From the NCBI GenBank assembly GCA_051362555.1, contig CM120643.1:4154001-4218000 (forward strand): a DNA stretch of 64,000 bases. The letters are read 5' to 3'. A program made the position numbers and the translations under genes. Shown one piece after another: positions 40,545-51,499 of the stretch. Under the pieces are notes generated by a model. That model was not told the origin of the DNA. It ran no database searches and saw only the letters and a list, made by a program, of their open reading frames with translations. The first letter of the stretch is position 1, and every line of letters starts with the position of its first letter. The DNA comes from Lingula anatina (taxonomy: Eukaryota > Animalia > Brachiopoda).

Positions 40545-43029
40545 TTATTTGCAATATTAAACAAAATTTACCTGCATAATTATCACTGCTTCCTTATTAT
40601 TAATCTAGCAGAGAGCTTAACCTATGGGAGTTTACAGGGAAATATCAACAAGTGTGCTTTATGTAATCTCAAATCACAAGTGTGCTTTATGTAGCCTATC
40701 AATTAGGCAAATTACTTTATAACTGAAATTAGCGAAGTGATACCCAAGGGAAATTTATAGACTGACCCTCTCAAAGGTCTTTCAGGCCCATAAGTCACAA
40801 CTTAAGAAGAGCACAAAACAATAATGCACAAAATAGGAGACTACCACTTCTGATGCAATAATACATTATGTTTAACTGCACAGTCAACATCAAATTTTAA
40901 TTCTGCACAACAGGTAACACCGATGAGAGTAAAAGCATAAGGCTTCAGGCCCATCAGAGTTCAAGTTTATACTTAGAAAGTGCCAGAATGAGAAAAATGA
41001 AATTTCACACAAAATTGCATTAAATTCAATAATAAATGATAACCCAATTGACCTGGCTTTCTAATTTGAACTGCATGCCAATCCTAAAAATCATACTCTT
41101 AAGTTAAATATAATAATAAATAACACAGTTTTCTTTTCATAATGTTTGCAGTAGCAGTGCAAAAAGATTATTGTCAATTTTGATGTAACATTACATAATA
41201 AATTATAGAATAATTATCACCAATTTTTGATTATTGACTATAAATAGCATGAACATGTAGAAAATTTGATTACCATCCGGCTTCATGTCCATGGGAGCTC
41301 CGAGTCCCACAATGAATATGCCAAAAAGATAATGAATATTTCACTAAAATGAATAACTTCCAGAAAAAGAAGCCCATTAGACTGCTTTTCCAACTTGGGC
41401 TGCATTTTAGTCCTGTGTTTCTTTTTTGAAAGTTTGACAATCATAACGAACACGGTTTTCCCATCATGGTCATCATGGCAGATGTGGATGATTGAATCTG
41501 ACAAACTGCAATGATTTGAGTTTATTTCCGTTTTGGACACTTGATTACACAATACATGATAACAAGTTTACCATCATTTTTACATAATCAACTAACAATG
41601 TTGTAAAGATGCAGGAAATATCAAACACACACTTTTACGTATCTTATTAGTTCAATAATGAGACTGTTAACATGCCTAAGAATTGAATCTGAGGAAATTT
41701 GAAAAAACAGTACAACTTCTAAAATAATGGCCCGATAACACTGATTTTCGAATTCAACCTGCATTTTTGTAAGATTGACCACTCCTGTGAGTATAATGAC
41801 AATTGGCTAAGCTGTTTTTCTTATATTGTGTTATTAATGTTGCATATATGTTGAAAAAAGTGAAAAAACAGCATTAAAAAATTAAAAGAAAATGTAAAAT
41901 AAAACATAACAAAAAATACCAATAAAGCTGCTATTCAAACTTTTAATCTAGCTGTACAATTACTAACATGATATGAATAACCCTATTGAGTTTGAGAATA
42001 ATAAGGCACTGTTATTCATCTTTAGCATTAATGTAAGCGTTACACAAATTTTTTTTTGTAAACTTATTTTCCATATTAAATAACATTTACCTGCATAATA
42101 ATCATCGATTCCTAATTATGTGACACAGTTAAGAAAGCTAAACCGATGGGACTTTACAATGAAATCTCAATGTGTTTTTATGTAATCTCATTTAATACCC
42201 ACTTGAAAATTAATTAAGCAAATTATTTTATAACCCTGAAATAACTTGAAAATCAATTAAGCAAATTATTTTATAACCCTGAATTAACTGCCTACTATCC
42301 ATATACATTTATTGCACCAAATAGCACTGTACTGCATTGCTTTCAAAACAGAAAACAATTACGATGGTTTTCCAACACAAGCTGCACTTCACTCTTTTCA
42401 GTAAGGTTGATTATCATAAGTAACATGGTTTTCCCTTAATCGCTATCCTGGCAGCAGTGTCCAAAATAGGGTTTTCTTTAACTTTCATGCAATATAACAT
42501 AATACTTAACAGCATAATGACCATCAAATTTTTTATAAAAAAATAAAAGTATCATGGATATTCAGAAAATGTGATATGGAAAGGTCTCCAGGGACATGGA
42601 AGTTAGGGTCACACTTTCAAAATGCCAAAATGTTAACAAGAGATAACTGTACTGAAATGATTTTCTTTCCATTTTCAACACCTTTTTTACATAAAACCAT
42701 CATCAATTAACTGTCATTTTTAAATTATCAACTAGGAAAATTGTTGACATAGGAAAAATATCAATAGAACAATTTATAATGTCCAATTAGCTCCATTTGG
42801 AGATTCTGAACATAGTGAATGATTGAATCTGACGAACTGCAATGATGAGTTCCTTTCCATTTTTGATACTTTATTACACAATGCAGGATAATAGGTTTAC
42901 CGTCATTTTTATATAATCAACTAACAATATTGTTAAGAAGCAGAAAATGTTAAAACAACACTTTAACATATCCAATTAGTACCGTTATGAGACTGTTAAC
43001 ATGCTTAAGAATTAAATCTGAAGAAAAAC

Positions 43030-44330
43030 CACTTATATACAAAAAGGCTAATAACTTCATCAAAACTTAACTGATCAAGCTTATTTTCAAACTTGATCTG
43101 TATACTGGTCAGATTGATCACTCCTGTGAGTTGCAAGACAAAAGGCTGATTGGTTTTCCTTAAAATGCGTTATCAGTGTTGCATGTATGCTGAATAAAGG
43201 GAAAAAAACAGCATTACTTTAGTAAAAATAGTCCAATCATGCCAATTTTCAAACTTGACCTGCGTATAATAAATATTCACCAGTTCTGTAAATTTCAATC
43301 CAAGGAAAGGAAAAACATTTTTACACTTATCATGTTATCGGTGTTATAAAAGTGCTGAAAAAAATTGAAAAAAAAAAAAAGAAAAAGAAAACTTCCATAA
43401 AAATTGCCCGATCTTGCTGATTTTCAAACTTGACCTGCGTATTATGAATATTCATTAGTTCTGTAAGTTTCAAGCCAAATGAAAAAACAGTTTTCCACTT
43501 ATTGTGTTATCAGTGCTGCATATATGCTGAAAAAAGTGAAAAAACAGCATAAATTCCCTAACAATAATCGAATCATGCTGATTTTCGAACTTGACTTGCG
43601 TATTATGAATATTTATCAGTTCTACAAGTTTCAAGCCAAAAGGTAAATTGGTTTTCCACTTATGGTGTTATCGGTGCTGCATATATGCTGAAAAATAGTG
43701 AAAAAAACAGCATAAATTCCCTAAAAATGACCCAATCATGCTGATTTTCGAACTTGACCTGTGTATTATGAATATTAATCAGTTTTGTAAGTTTCAAGCC
43801 AAAAGGTAGGATGGTTTTCCACTTATCGTGTTATCGGGGTTGCATATATGCTGAAAAAAGTGAAAAAACAGCATAAATTCCCTAAAAATGACCCGATCAT
43901 GCTGATTTTCGAACTTGACCTGCATATTATGAATATTCATCAGTTCTGTAACTTTCAAGCCAAAAGGTAAAATGGTTTTTCACTTATCGTGTTATCGGTG
44001 CTGCATATATGCTGAAAAAAGTGAAAAAACAGCATAAATTCCCTAAAAGTGACCCGATCATGCTGATTTTCGAACTTGACCTGCGTATTATGAATATTCA
44101 TCAGTTTTGTAAGTTTCAAGTCAAAAGGTAAAATGGTTTTCCACTTATCGTGTTATCAGTGCTGCATATATGCTGAAAAAAGTGAAAAAACAGCATAAAT
44201 TCCCTAAAAGTGACCCGATCATGCTGATTTTCGAACTTGACCTGCGTATTATGAATATTCATCAGTTCTGTAAGTTTCATACCAAAAGAAAAAACAGTTT
44301 TCCATTTATCGTGTTATCGGTAAAAGTGCA
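43030..44330 (+). repeat. Satellite array, about 161-bp unit, about 8 copies
   Basis: tatatgctgaaaaa recurs at 43521, 43682, 43845, 44006 and 44167. More diverged copies lie upstream. Confidence 0.95.
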
Positions 44331-44588
44331 CGGCGACGGCGACGACGGCGACGACGGCGACAGCGACGACGGCGACGGCGACGACGACAGACGCAGATGA
44401 TGGCTATATGTACAGACACATCTGTGTCTGTACATAACAAAAAGAACTTAGTTGTAAATGTATAATAAATCTATTCTTTTAAAAATACTGTTGACTTTTC
44501 TTCATTTCTTAATGTCTGAAGTGTTTAGAATTATTTAATTAATAATAATAATGATAATTATAATAATAATAATAATAATAATAACCAT

Positions 44589-45752
44589 TTATGTTCGTGT
44601 CCTCTGTCTGAAGCAAGACGTGAACAGATTCAATACCCTCCTCCACCTAGATGGGCCGCTATTCTTTGGAGCTAAAATGTATAATACAATATTACTTACT
44701 AAGAGGTAAAAGTATAAAATGTTCAATAAGTCAGTGCAATATCATATTTCATGTATGAAGCTTCAATGAAACACTTTTACTAGTATTTGGAATAAACAAT
44801 TCTGCCAATATTATTTTAAACTTGCCAAAAGCACAAACTGTATTGGCACAACATAAGGAGTGTGTGTGTGTGTGTACATGCACAATCACATTCCATCAGT
44901 GTAATAAATATTGACCCTACTATTCTATTGACCCTACTGTCTTACCTCTCTCCTTCACGTCTGCTTTCACAGTTGTTGTGTCATTGATACTGACTGAAGA
45001 AAAACAGGAAAACAAATTAAACATTTCATACCTTTGCACAACAAGAATTCAATACATTATTTAACATAGTCAAAGACACATTCAAAAATTTAGATCACTG
45101 AACAGTGAATTTGAACTCAGTGTTTGTGCATCAGAGTCTCCCCCTAAAGTTCATCTGTGTGTTTACATTTTTAAGTGTGTTAAATGAATTCCTGTTAAGT
45201 TGTCCTAAGCTTACTGTCTTACCTTTTTCTTTGATGCCCTCAGCATCTGACACACTCTTTGTGTCTCTGATATTGGCTAAAGAAAAAATGATATCTAATA
45301 AAAACTTAACATTCCATATCTGTGCATGTCCAAATAGGATTCAGTATTACAATTTATGGAAGACACATTCAAATCTTTAAATGACTTAAGAAATAATAAT
45401 CTTCTTAAGTTTGCTAAAGACTTTGCTTGAGCAGCATGCTTGTGGTATGTATGTGCGTACGTATGTGTGTTTGTTAGTGTATGTGTGTGTGCATGCATGT
45501 TTCATAAGTATATTAAAAGTCATAACTATTTTACTGAGATTCCTGTCTTACCTGTCTCCTCAGTACTTGAGGTCTTTAAAAGTGATACATTGTTCTTGTC
45601 TTTTAGTTTGGTATCAACTGAAAGGACAGAACTGAATTTAATTTTCAAGACAACATTATGTGTGTTCAAGCGTTACACAGCAAAAGCATTATTTTTTCAG
45701 AAGATAAAGTATCTCTTTAAGTCTGTCAACATGCATGCAAGTACAGTACCTT

Positions 45753-45789
<37 letters not shown>

Positions 45790-48700
45790 ATGCACAATCA
45801 CGTGTCATCAATGTAATAAATAGATCCCTATTCTATTGACCCTGCTGTCTTACCTCTCTCCTTCACGTCCTCTGTCACATTAATTGTTGTGTCTTTGACA
45901 TCAACTGAAGGAAAAAATGGAACACAAATTCAACATTCCATGCCCATGCACAACAAGGATTCAATACCATAGTCAAAATGTATTTTCAAAGATTTAGATC
46001 ACTGAATAGGGAATAAAAACACAATGTTTGTAGGGGGCGGATCTAGAGAAATTTTCTGAGAGTCTTGCAAATTATGTTTGTTGATCCATTCTCCATTGTG
46101 GACTGTCTTCTGACAAAAAATTAAATCCCCATCAATGTAAAATTCTGACCATCTTCCGGAAGACCCAGAAGATGGCCTCAATTTGCCCCTGTTTGTGTCT
46201 GAGAGCCTGTTTGTGTGTGTGTAAATTTTTTAAATGTGTTAAATGAACACCTGTTAAATTGATCTTACTGTCTTACCTCTCTCCTCGCTGACCTCAGCAT
46301 CTGACACACTCTTTGTGTCTTTGATATCAGCTAAAGAAAAAATGATATTTTAATAATATTTTAATATTTAGAAATACAAACTTCACATTCTATATATGTG
46401 CATGTTCAAAAAGGATTCAGTAGGCCCATTACACTTTGATGAAGACACATACAAAGATTTAACTGACTTCAAAATAAATAAATAATCTTCATAAGTATGC
46501 TAAAAAATAGACTGTGTGAGCAACATGCTTGCAGTGTGTATGTGTATGTGTGTTTGTTAGAGTATTTGTATGTGTAAGTATATAAAAATTCATAATTATT
46601 TTACTAAGATTCCAGCCTTACCTAGTTCCTCAATGCGGAAGACCCAGAAGATGGCCTAAATCTGGCCCTGTTTGTGCCTGAGAGCCTGTTTGTGTGTGTT
46701 TTTACATTTTAAAGTGTGTTAAATGAACACCTGTTAATTGACCTTACTGTCTTACCTCTCTCCTCGCTGCCCTCAGCATCTGACACACTCTTTGTGTCTT
46801 TGATATCCACTAAAGAAAAAATGATATTTTAATAATATTTTAATATTTAAAAATACAAACTTAACATTCTATATCTGTGCATGTTCAAAAAGGATTCAGT
46901 AGGCCCATTCCACTCTGATGAAGACACATTCAAAGATTTAATTGACTTAAAAATTAATAAATTATCTTTTTATTTTTTTACTAAGATTTCACCCTTACCT
47001 AGTTCCTCAATGCTTAGGGTCTTAACAATTGCTACATTATTCTCTTCTTTGGTATCACCTGAAAGAACAGAATTGAATTTTAAGGAATACAATTATGTGA
47101 GTATGTTGGAGTATGTTGGAGACAAAAAGAAGCGTGTTAGTCTGTTAATCTGATTGTATTCAGTGAGAGTTTCCATGGAGTTAGTGCACATTAGCTAGGT
47201 CTCCAGATTCATTGTCAAAAGCCCCTGAGGGTCCAGACTTGCACCCTGAGAGTCAAGATGTTGTTGTAATTTTATTTCATGAATCCTTCCTAAAAGATAA
47301 AAAATGCATCAAGTTGATTGAATAGAGCAATAGTGTGGACTTACCACTTGTGTGGACTTCAGGCTTGTACATGTAGTCCCACTCTGGAATAAGATGGCAC
47401 ATTTATTTATTATTTACAAGTTATGATATACACTAAAATAAAGTCTTAAATGTATTTGACAATATTAAAGGACCATTTCATCATTTTTCTACAGTTTTTT
47501 ATAGGATAGTGAGATTTCAAAATGTTGTACATGACAGATTTAAAAGGTTACGAGAATTATGAGTTCAAGCACCTTTTATTTCCATGTCCAGTTCTCCCCA
47601 AGTACAGGTCACTTCCATGCTGTCCTTAGTGGTCACCTGGAGGCACCTGTTCCTAAAGGGTTCAGGCTCCCATGTCCAGCCAGACCCAGGGTGGTAAGGC
47701 TGAATAAATTTAAAGAATGAATGAAAAAAACAAAAAAAAAATAAATAACTTAAAGATATGTTAATGTCTAAAATGAAAAATAAAATCTTTACTAATATAT
47801 ACAATCACTGATAAATCAAATACACTAGAAGAAATGAATGTAGGTTTTAATAAATACTAATACGTATCAGACTTTAAATTTTCTTTTTCAATTTTAAAGA
47901 AAATCATTTTTACCTGAGATCATTATTTTTGTAAAAAAAAAAAAGTTTTATACTTACATTTTGTGGCTTAATGAATTTCCATTCTATATTTGAGCCCTTG
48001 GGCAGGAGAAACTCTGCCCTGAGAGATGGGACCCCCATATCAGTGAACCTTGACAGGTTCACACCTTTCTGGGGGTCCCATCCACTGAGGGCAGTTCCCC
48101 TGCCCACCACTTTGGCCTTTAAATAGTTGTTTGTTAAGAAAACTCTTACAGTGGCCTTTGCTGTTCAAAGTAAAAAGTAAAATAGAAAGAAATACTATCA
48201 ATATATCGTTGTTGATATTTACATTACAGACATTCAAACTGATCACTTAATTAATGTAAATAGAGAATAGGATATCTTATTTTCTTATTATGAACAAATT
48301 AAATCTTTTTTTATTTATATAACAACAAAAAATGCAAGAGTAGTTTTAGGCCCGTTGTACTATAAAACACATGTGTCTGATAATACAAACACGCACACAA
48401 CTTACGAGCACACTGTTCTTCTTTATTTATTTCATTTTCCATATCAGCTATCATCTGCAATATGTACAACAAATTAAAGAAATCATGTTAACGGGATACA
48501 TAGAGGTCTGTATCTTTATTGGGAAGTTTGTGATGTAAACTACATTTGTACCATTACCAGAATGATCAGAAAATCGTCATGTGACAAGAATTTTTTAAGA
48601 ATTTCATTTAGAATATTAATTAATCACATAAAAAATCATGAACGACGGATAAAAAGGCGCTGTGTGGGCTTACATTGAACTTGCTGCAGAATTTCAGTAT

Positions 48701-49062
48701 TGAATAAAAAATAAAACTCACCAGCGACTGTGTAGACTCTTTGCTTTGTTTACTAAAACAATAAACAGGAATAATTATTGTATAAAAGAATTTCATTGGA
48801 CGGTTCCTGTATTGTTTCTTTAACTTTAAACCAATCAGATTGACGCTTTGTTGAAGCTCTCGACCTTGAGTCTTTCTACTAAATAGAAATCACAATATAT
48901 CGTAATATATATCACAGTGCCTGGACCCTGGTCATATCTGTTGCAGTTCCAGAACTCTCTCCCTCCTCGCACGAGTTTCTTAGAAAGCAGGCGGTGAACC
49001 TGTTGCTGATACTGGCCGCAGTCCTTTACAAATCCCAAGTCTCACCTCTTGCATAGCGCCAT
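44589..49062 (-). CDS. CBM20 (starch/glycogen-binding domain) protein with micro-exon repeat spacer, about 304 aa, 15 exons: 49046-49062, 48722-48752, 48406-48454, 48223-48245, 47958-48116, 47573-47699, 47345-47383, 46999-47058, 46756-46809, 46277-46330, 45854-45904, 45552-45617, 45223-45276, 44946-44993, 44589-44671
   Basis: All 14 introns are GT-AG, and the phases join into one open 915-nt frame from ATG to TAA. CBM20 pattern: VVG...LSGWDPQKGVNL...FLLP...IEWKF...WTWEP...NRCL. Exon 4 has a weak AAG acceptor and is the least certain exon. Confidence 0.8.
47573..48116 (-). CDS. Two CBM20 core exons (47958-48116 and 47573-47699)
   Basis: AKVVGRGTALSGWDPQKGVNLSRFTDMGVPSLRAEFLLPKGSNIEWKFIKPQN | PYHPGSGWTWEPEPFRNRCLQVTTKDSMEVTCTWG. 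The site-1 Trp, Lys and Trp equivalents are retained. Confidence 0.85.
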
Positions 49063-49830
49063 CTATACTAAACAATTTTTATATGGCGTAGACTAGGCAA
49101 AGGGTGACGCTGAAAAGTCGGAATTTTCATCAAACGTTCTGCACATTGAGTTTCACCATACATCAGGACACTTTTCATAGATGTTTTTGTCATAGATTCT
49201 ATTGACAAACTTAATTGGTGAGTTCAGGATGAGACATCTAAAGTGACGGATACATATGGTATCGACTGTGTCAGTTGTTCACTGTTCACATCACGATGCA
49301 ATGTGCTGGTGAAGATTTTACAAAATGCTTCAGAATGTTGACGCTGCAGATTAAAAGCGCTCTTGGAGATCTAGCAAGATTGCACGCAGTCATCTACTTC
49401 AGTTTTGCCATTCCCTTTTCATGTGCAATTGCCCAATGCCTTATGAAGGTGAGGCAATAAAATGAAGAAATAGCGTTATTCCTTCTTATATAATTTTTAA
49501 GTGGGCCTTTTTCTTGTTTCTTTTGAGTCATCTGTCGAAATAGTAATATATGAACTTAACTATGAACAACTAAAACTTCCCATGGTGTGTCCACTTACAT
49601 GAACTAGCACTACCATCCTGAGTTTCAGAAAGCACCATAAACCCACCTCTTTAATATCACTACTGGTACAGTGTATGCTTGAGCGTCAACTTACAACAAC
49701 ACTTTTTTTGGTAAATTTATTTTATAAAATATTTCTTTGCAGTTTATTTGATGCTTGGACATAATAAGAGAAGGACATGAAATGCAGAGCAAGATCAGAG
49801 GATAATCGGCTTTACGCGAGCTCTTTGCGG

Positions 49831-49840
49831 ATCACGTGAC
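49831..49840. promoter_or_regulatory. E-box/CLEAR-like motif ATCACGTGAC in a CpG-richer divergent intergenic region
   Basis: 9/10 match to GTCACGTGAC, about 770 bp upstream of the CBM20 ATG. Motif evidence only. Confidence 0.3.
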
Positions 49841-50258
49841 CTCCTGTACAGGTAGCGAGCATATCGCAGTTGTCGATGACTTTTTGTGTCATTGGGGCAG
49901 GTAGTTGGTGATAACGTGAGTCAATCCTTCGGGTGGATGAGACAATAAACTTATAGAGATTAAGTATAAATACAATTTGTTCTGTCAGTTTGGAAGCTGT
50001 GTGAGAATTTGATATGTTTGTTCATGGAGGAATTCAAAATGCCCTTTGTGGTAAAGGCAATCCTGTTTGGAGCTATCAAAACAGCTTATAAATCTGAGAC
50101 AATGGGCGAATGTTTACCCGAACGCACATAGCTTCAAAGGAAGATGCCACGTTTCACGTCCTTTCCTTTTTATGTCCAAGTTTGATGTAAGTCTAATATT
50201 CTGGATCTTGAGGAAAAACCCTGGTCATTGACTTTTTTGTCTTTTCCAGTTCATCATC

Positions 50259-50777
50259 TGACTCCACACTACACTGTACTACACTGTACTAGGAGGCACA
50301 GGACTATACTGCCACAATGGAACACAATGACTCCAGACTACTACACTGTACTAGGAGGCACAGGACTATACTTCCACAATGAAACACAATGACTCCAGAC
50401 TACTACACTGTACTAGGAGGCACAGGACTATACTGCCACAATGAAACACAATGACTCCAGACTACTACACTGTACTAGGAGGCACAGGACTATACTGCCA
50501 CAATGGAAAACAATGACTCCAGACTACTACACTGTACTAGGAGACACAGGACTATACTGCCACAATGGAACACAATGACTCCAGACTACTACACTGTACT
50601 AGGAGACACAGGACTATACTGCCACAATGGAATACTGACTCCAAACTAAAACGCTGCACTAGGAGGCACAAGACTATACTGCCACAATGGAACACAATGA
50701 CTCCAGACTACTACACTGTACTAGGAGACACGGGACTATACTAAAATAAAAATAAAAAAACACAATGACTCCAGACT
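50259..50777. repeat. Minisatellite, 62-bp unit, about 8 copies
   Basis: tgactccagactactacactgtactaggaggcacaggactatactgccacaatggaacacaa starts at 50328, 50390, 50452 and onward. Confidence 0.95.
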
Positions 50778-51499
50778 TATTTTCAAGATGGTCAGATAAC
50801 AATAGAGTTTCATAAATCGTCATAAGGTGATTGCATTGTCTTCTAGATTTTTTACATATTTCAGTGAGTTTTTGAATCTGTAATGCTGCTTAATCACAGC
50901 CTTTCAGCAAGTTTTTCATCTTGTTCAATGTAATGCCAGATATTTAGGTGAATTTGTGCTGCTAATGATGTAAGAATTTTAATGTAAATTACCCAGGTAT
51001 TTTATTGCTTTGTCAAAGAAATTGAAGGAACAGTTTTAAGACACTTGAAAATAAAGTAGATTATTTTAAAGATGTATTTTTTATTGTCTTCCTGTGGATC
51101 ACACATGTCCTCCATGTAAGTTTGTATGTGATAATGGCTGCTTTATCAACTTATCATGAAGATGTGACCAGGACAATGACTGTAGAGATAACAGTGATGA
51201 GGAAGGGTGAAGTAAGTATTACTTAGAATGAAGATGGATATCAAAGAAATGGGTTGTCAGGTAGTCCACTGGGTAATGGCCTTCATGAAGCTGTAAAGAT
51301 TGCTTGTCAATATAGTACACACATGTATTGAGAGGTAATGGGTTCATTTTATGCAGAAAATTAAAATTTCTGTGTTAGAAAATAAGATATAAATTATGTT
51401 CCAGCTTTTAAATTACAGATATTATTCCATTTCAAAAATTGTTGCACAGCTGATTCATATACTGCTATTGAAAAAGTTGTATATAGTCACCTGTTGTAA

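Larger units (their letters stand above)
39684..44437 (+). mobile_element. Large (4.75-kb) Helentron-associated (HINE/pearl-like) element with an internal satellite array
   Basis: 5' aacaaggcagcaaagctgtcaaatgtacagac, internal duplicated blocks, a 161-bp tandem array, a (GAC/GGC)n microsatellite at 44330-44395, and the terminal palindrome tatgtacagacacatctgtgtctgtacata at 44407-44436. Confidence 0.8.

Noticed and set aside
44170-44400. ORF ending in an Asp/Gly-rich run (possible biomineralisation peptide)
   Set aside because: It is a satellite unit plus the GAC/GGC microsatellite of the HINE. The same applies to ORFs 9437-9724 and 10353-10616.
48674-48683. Extra 10-nt micro-exon in the CBM20 gene (cag...gtaagc)
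   Set aside because: It would need an intron of under 40 nt and would break the reading frame.
50259-50777. 62-bp repeat array as CRISPR or coding repeat
   Set aside because: No spacers, the unit is not a multiple of 3, and there are no splice signals.
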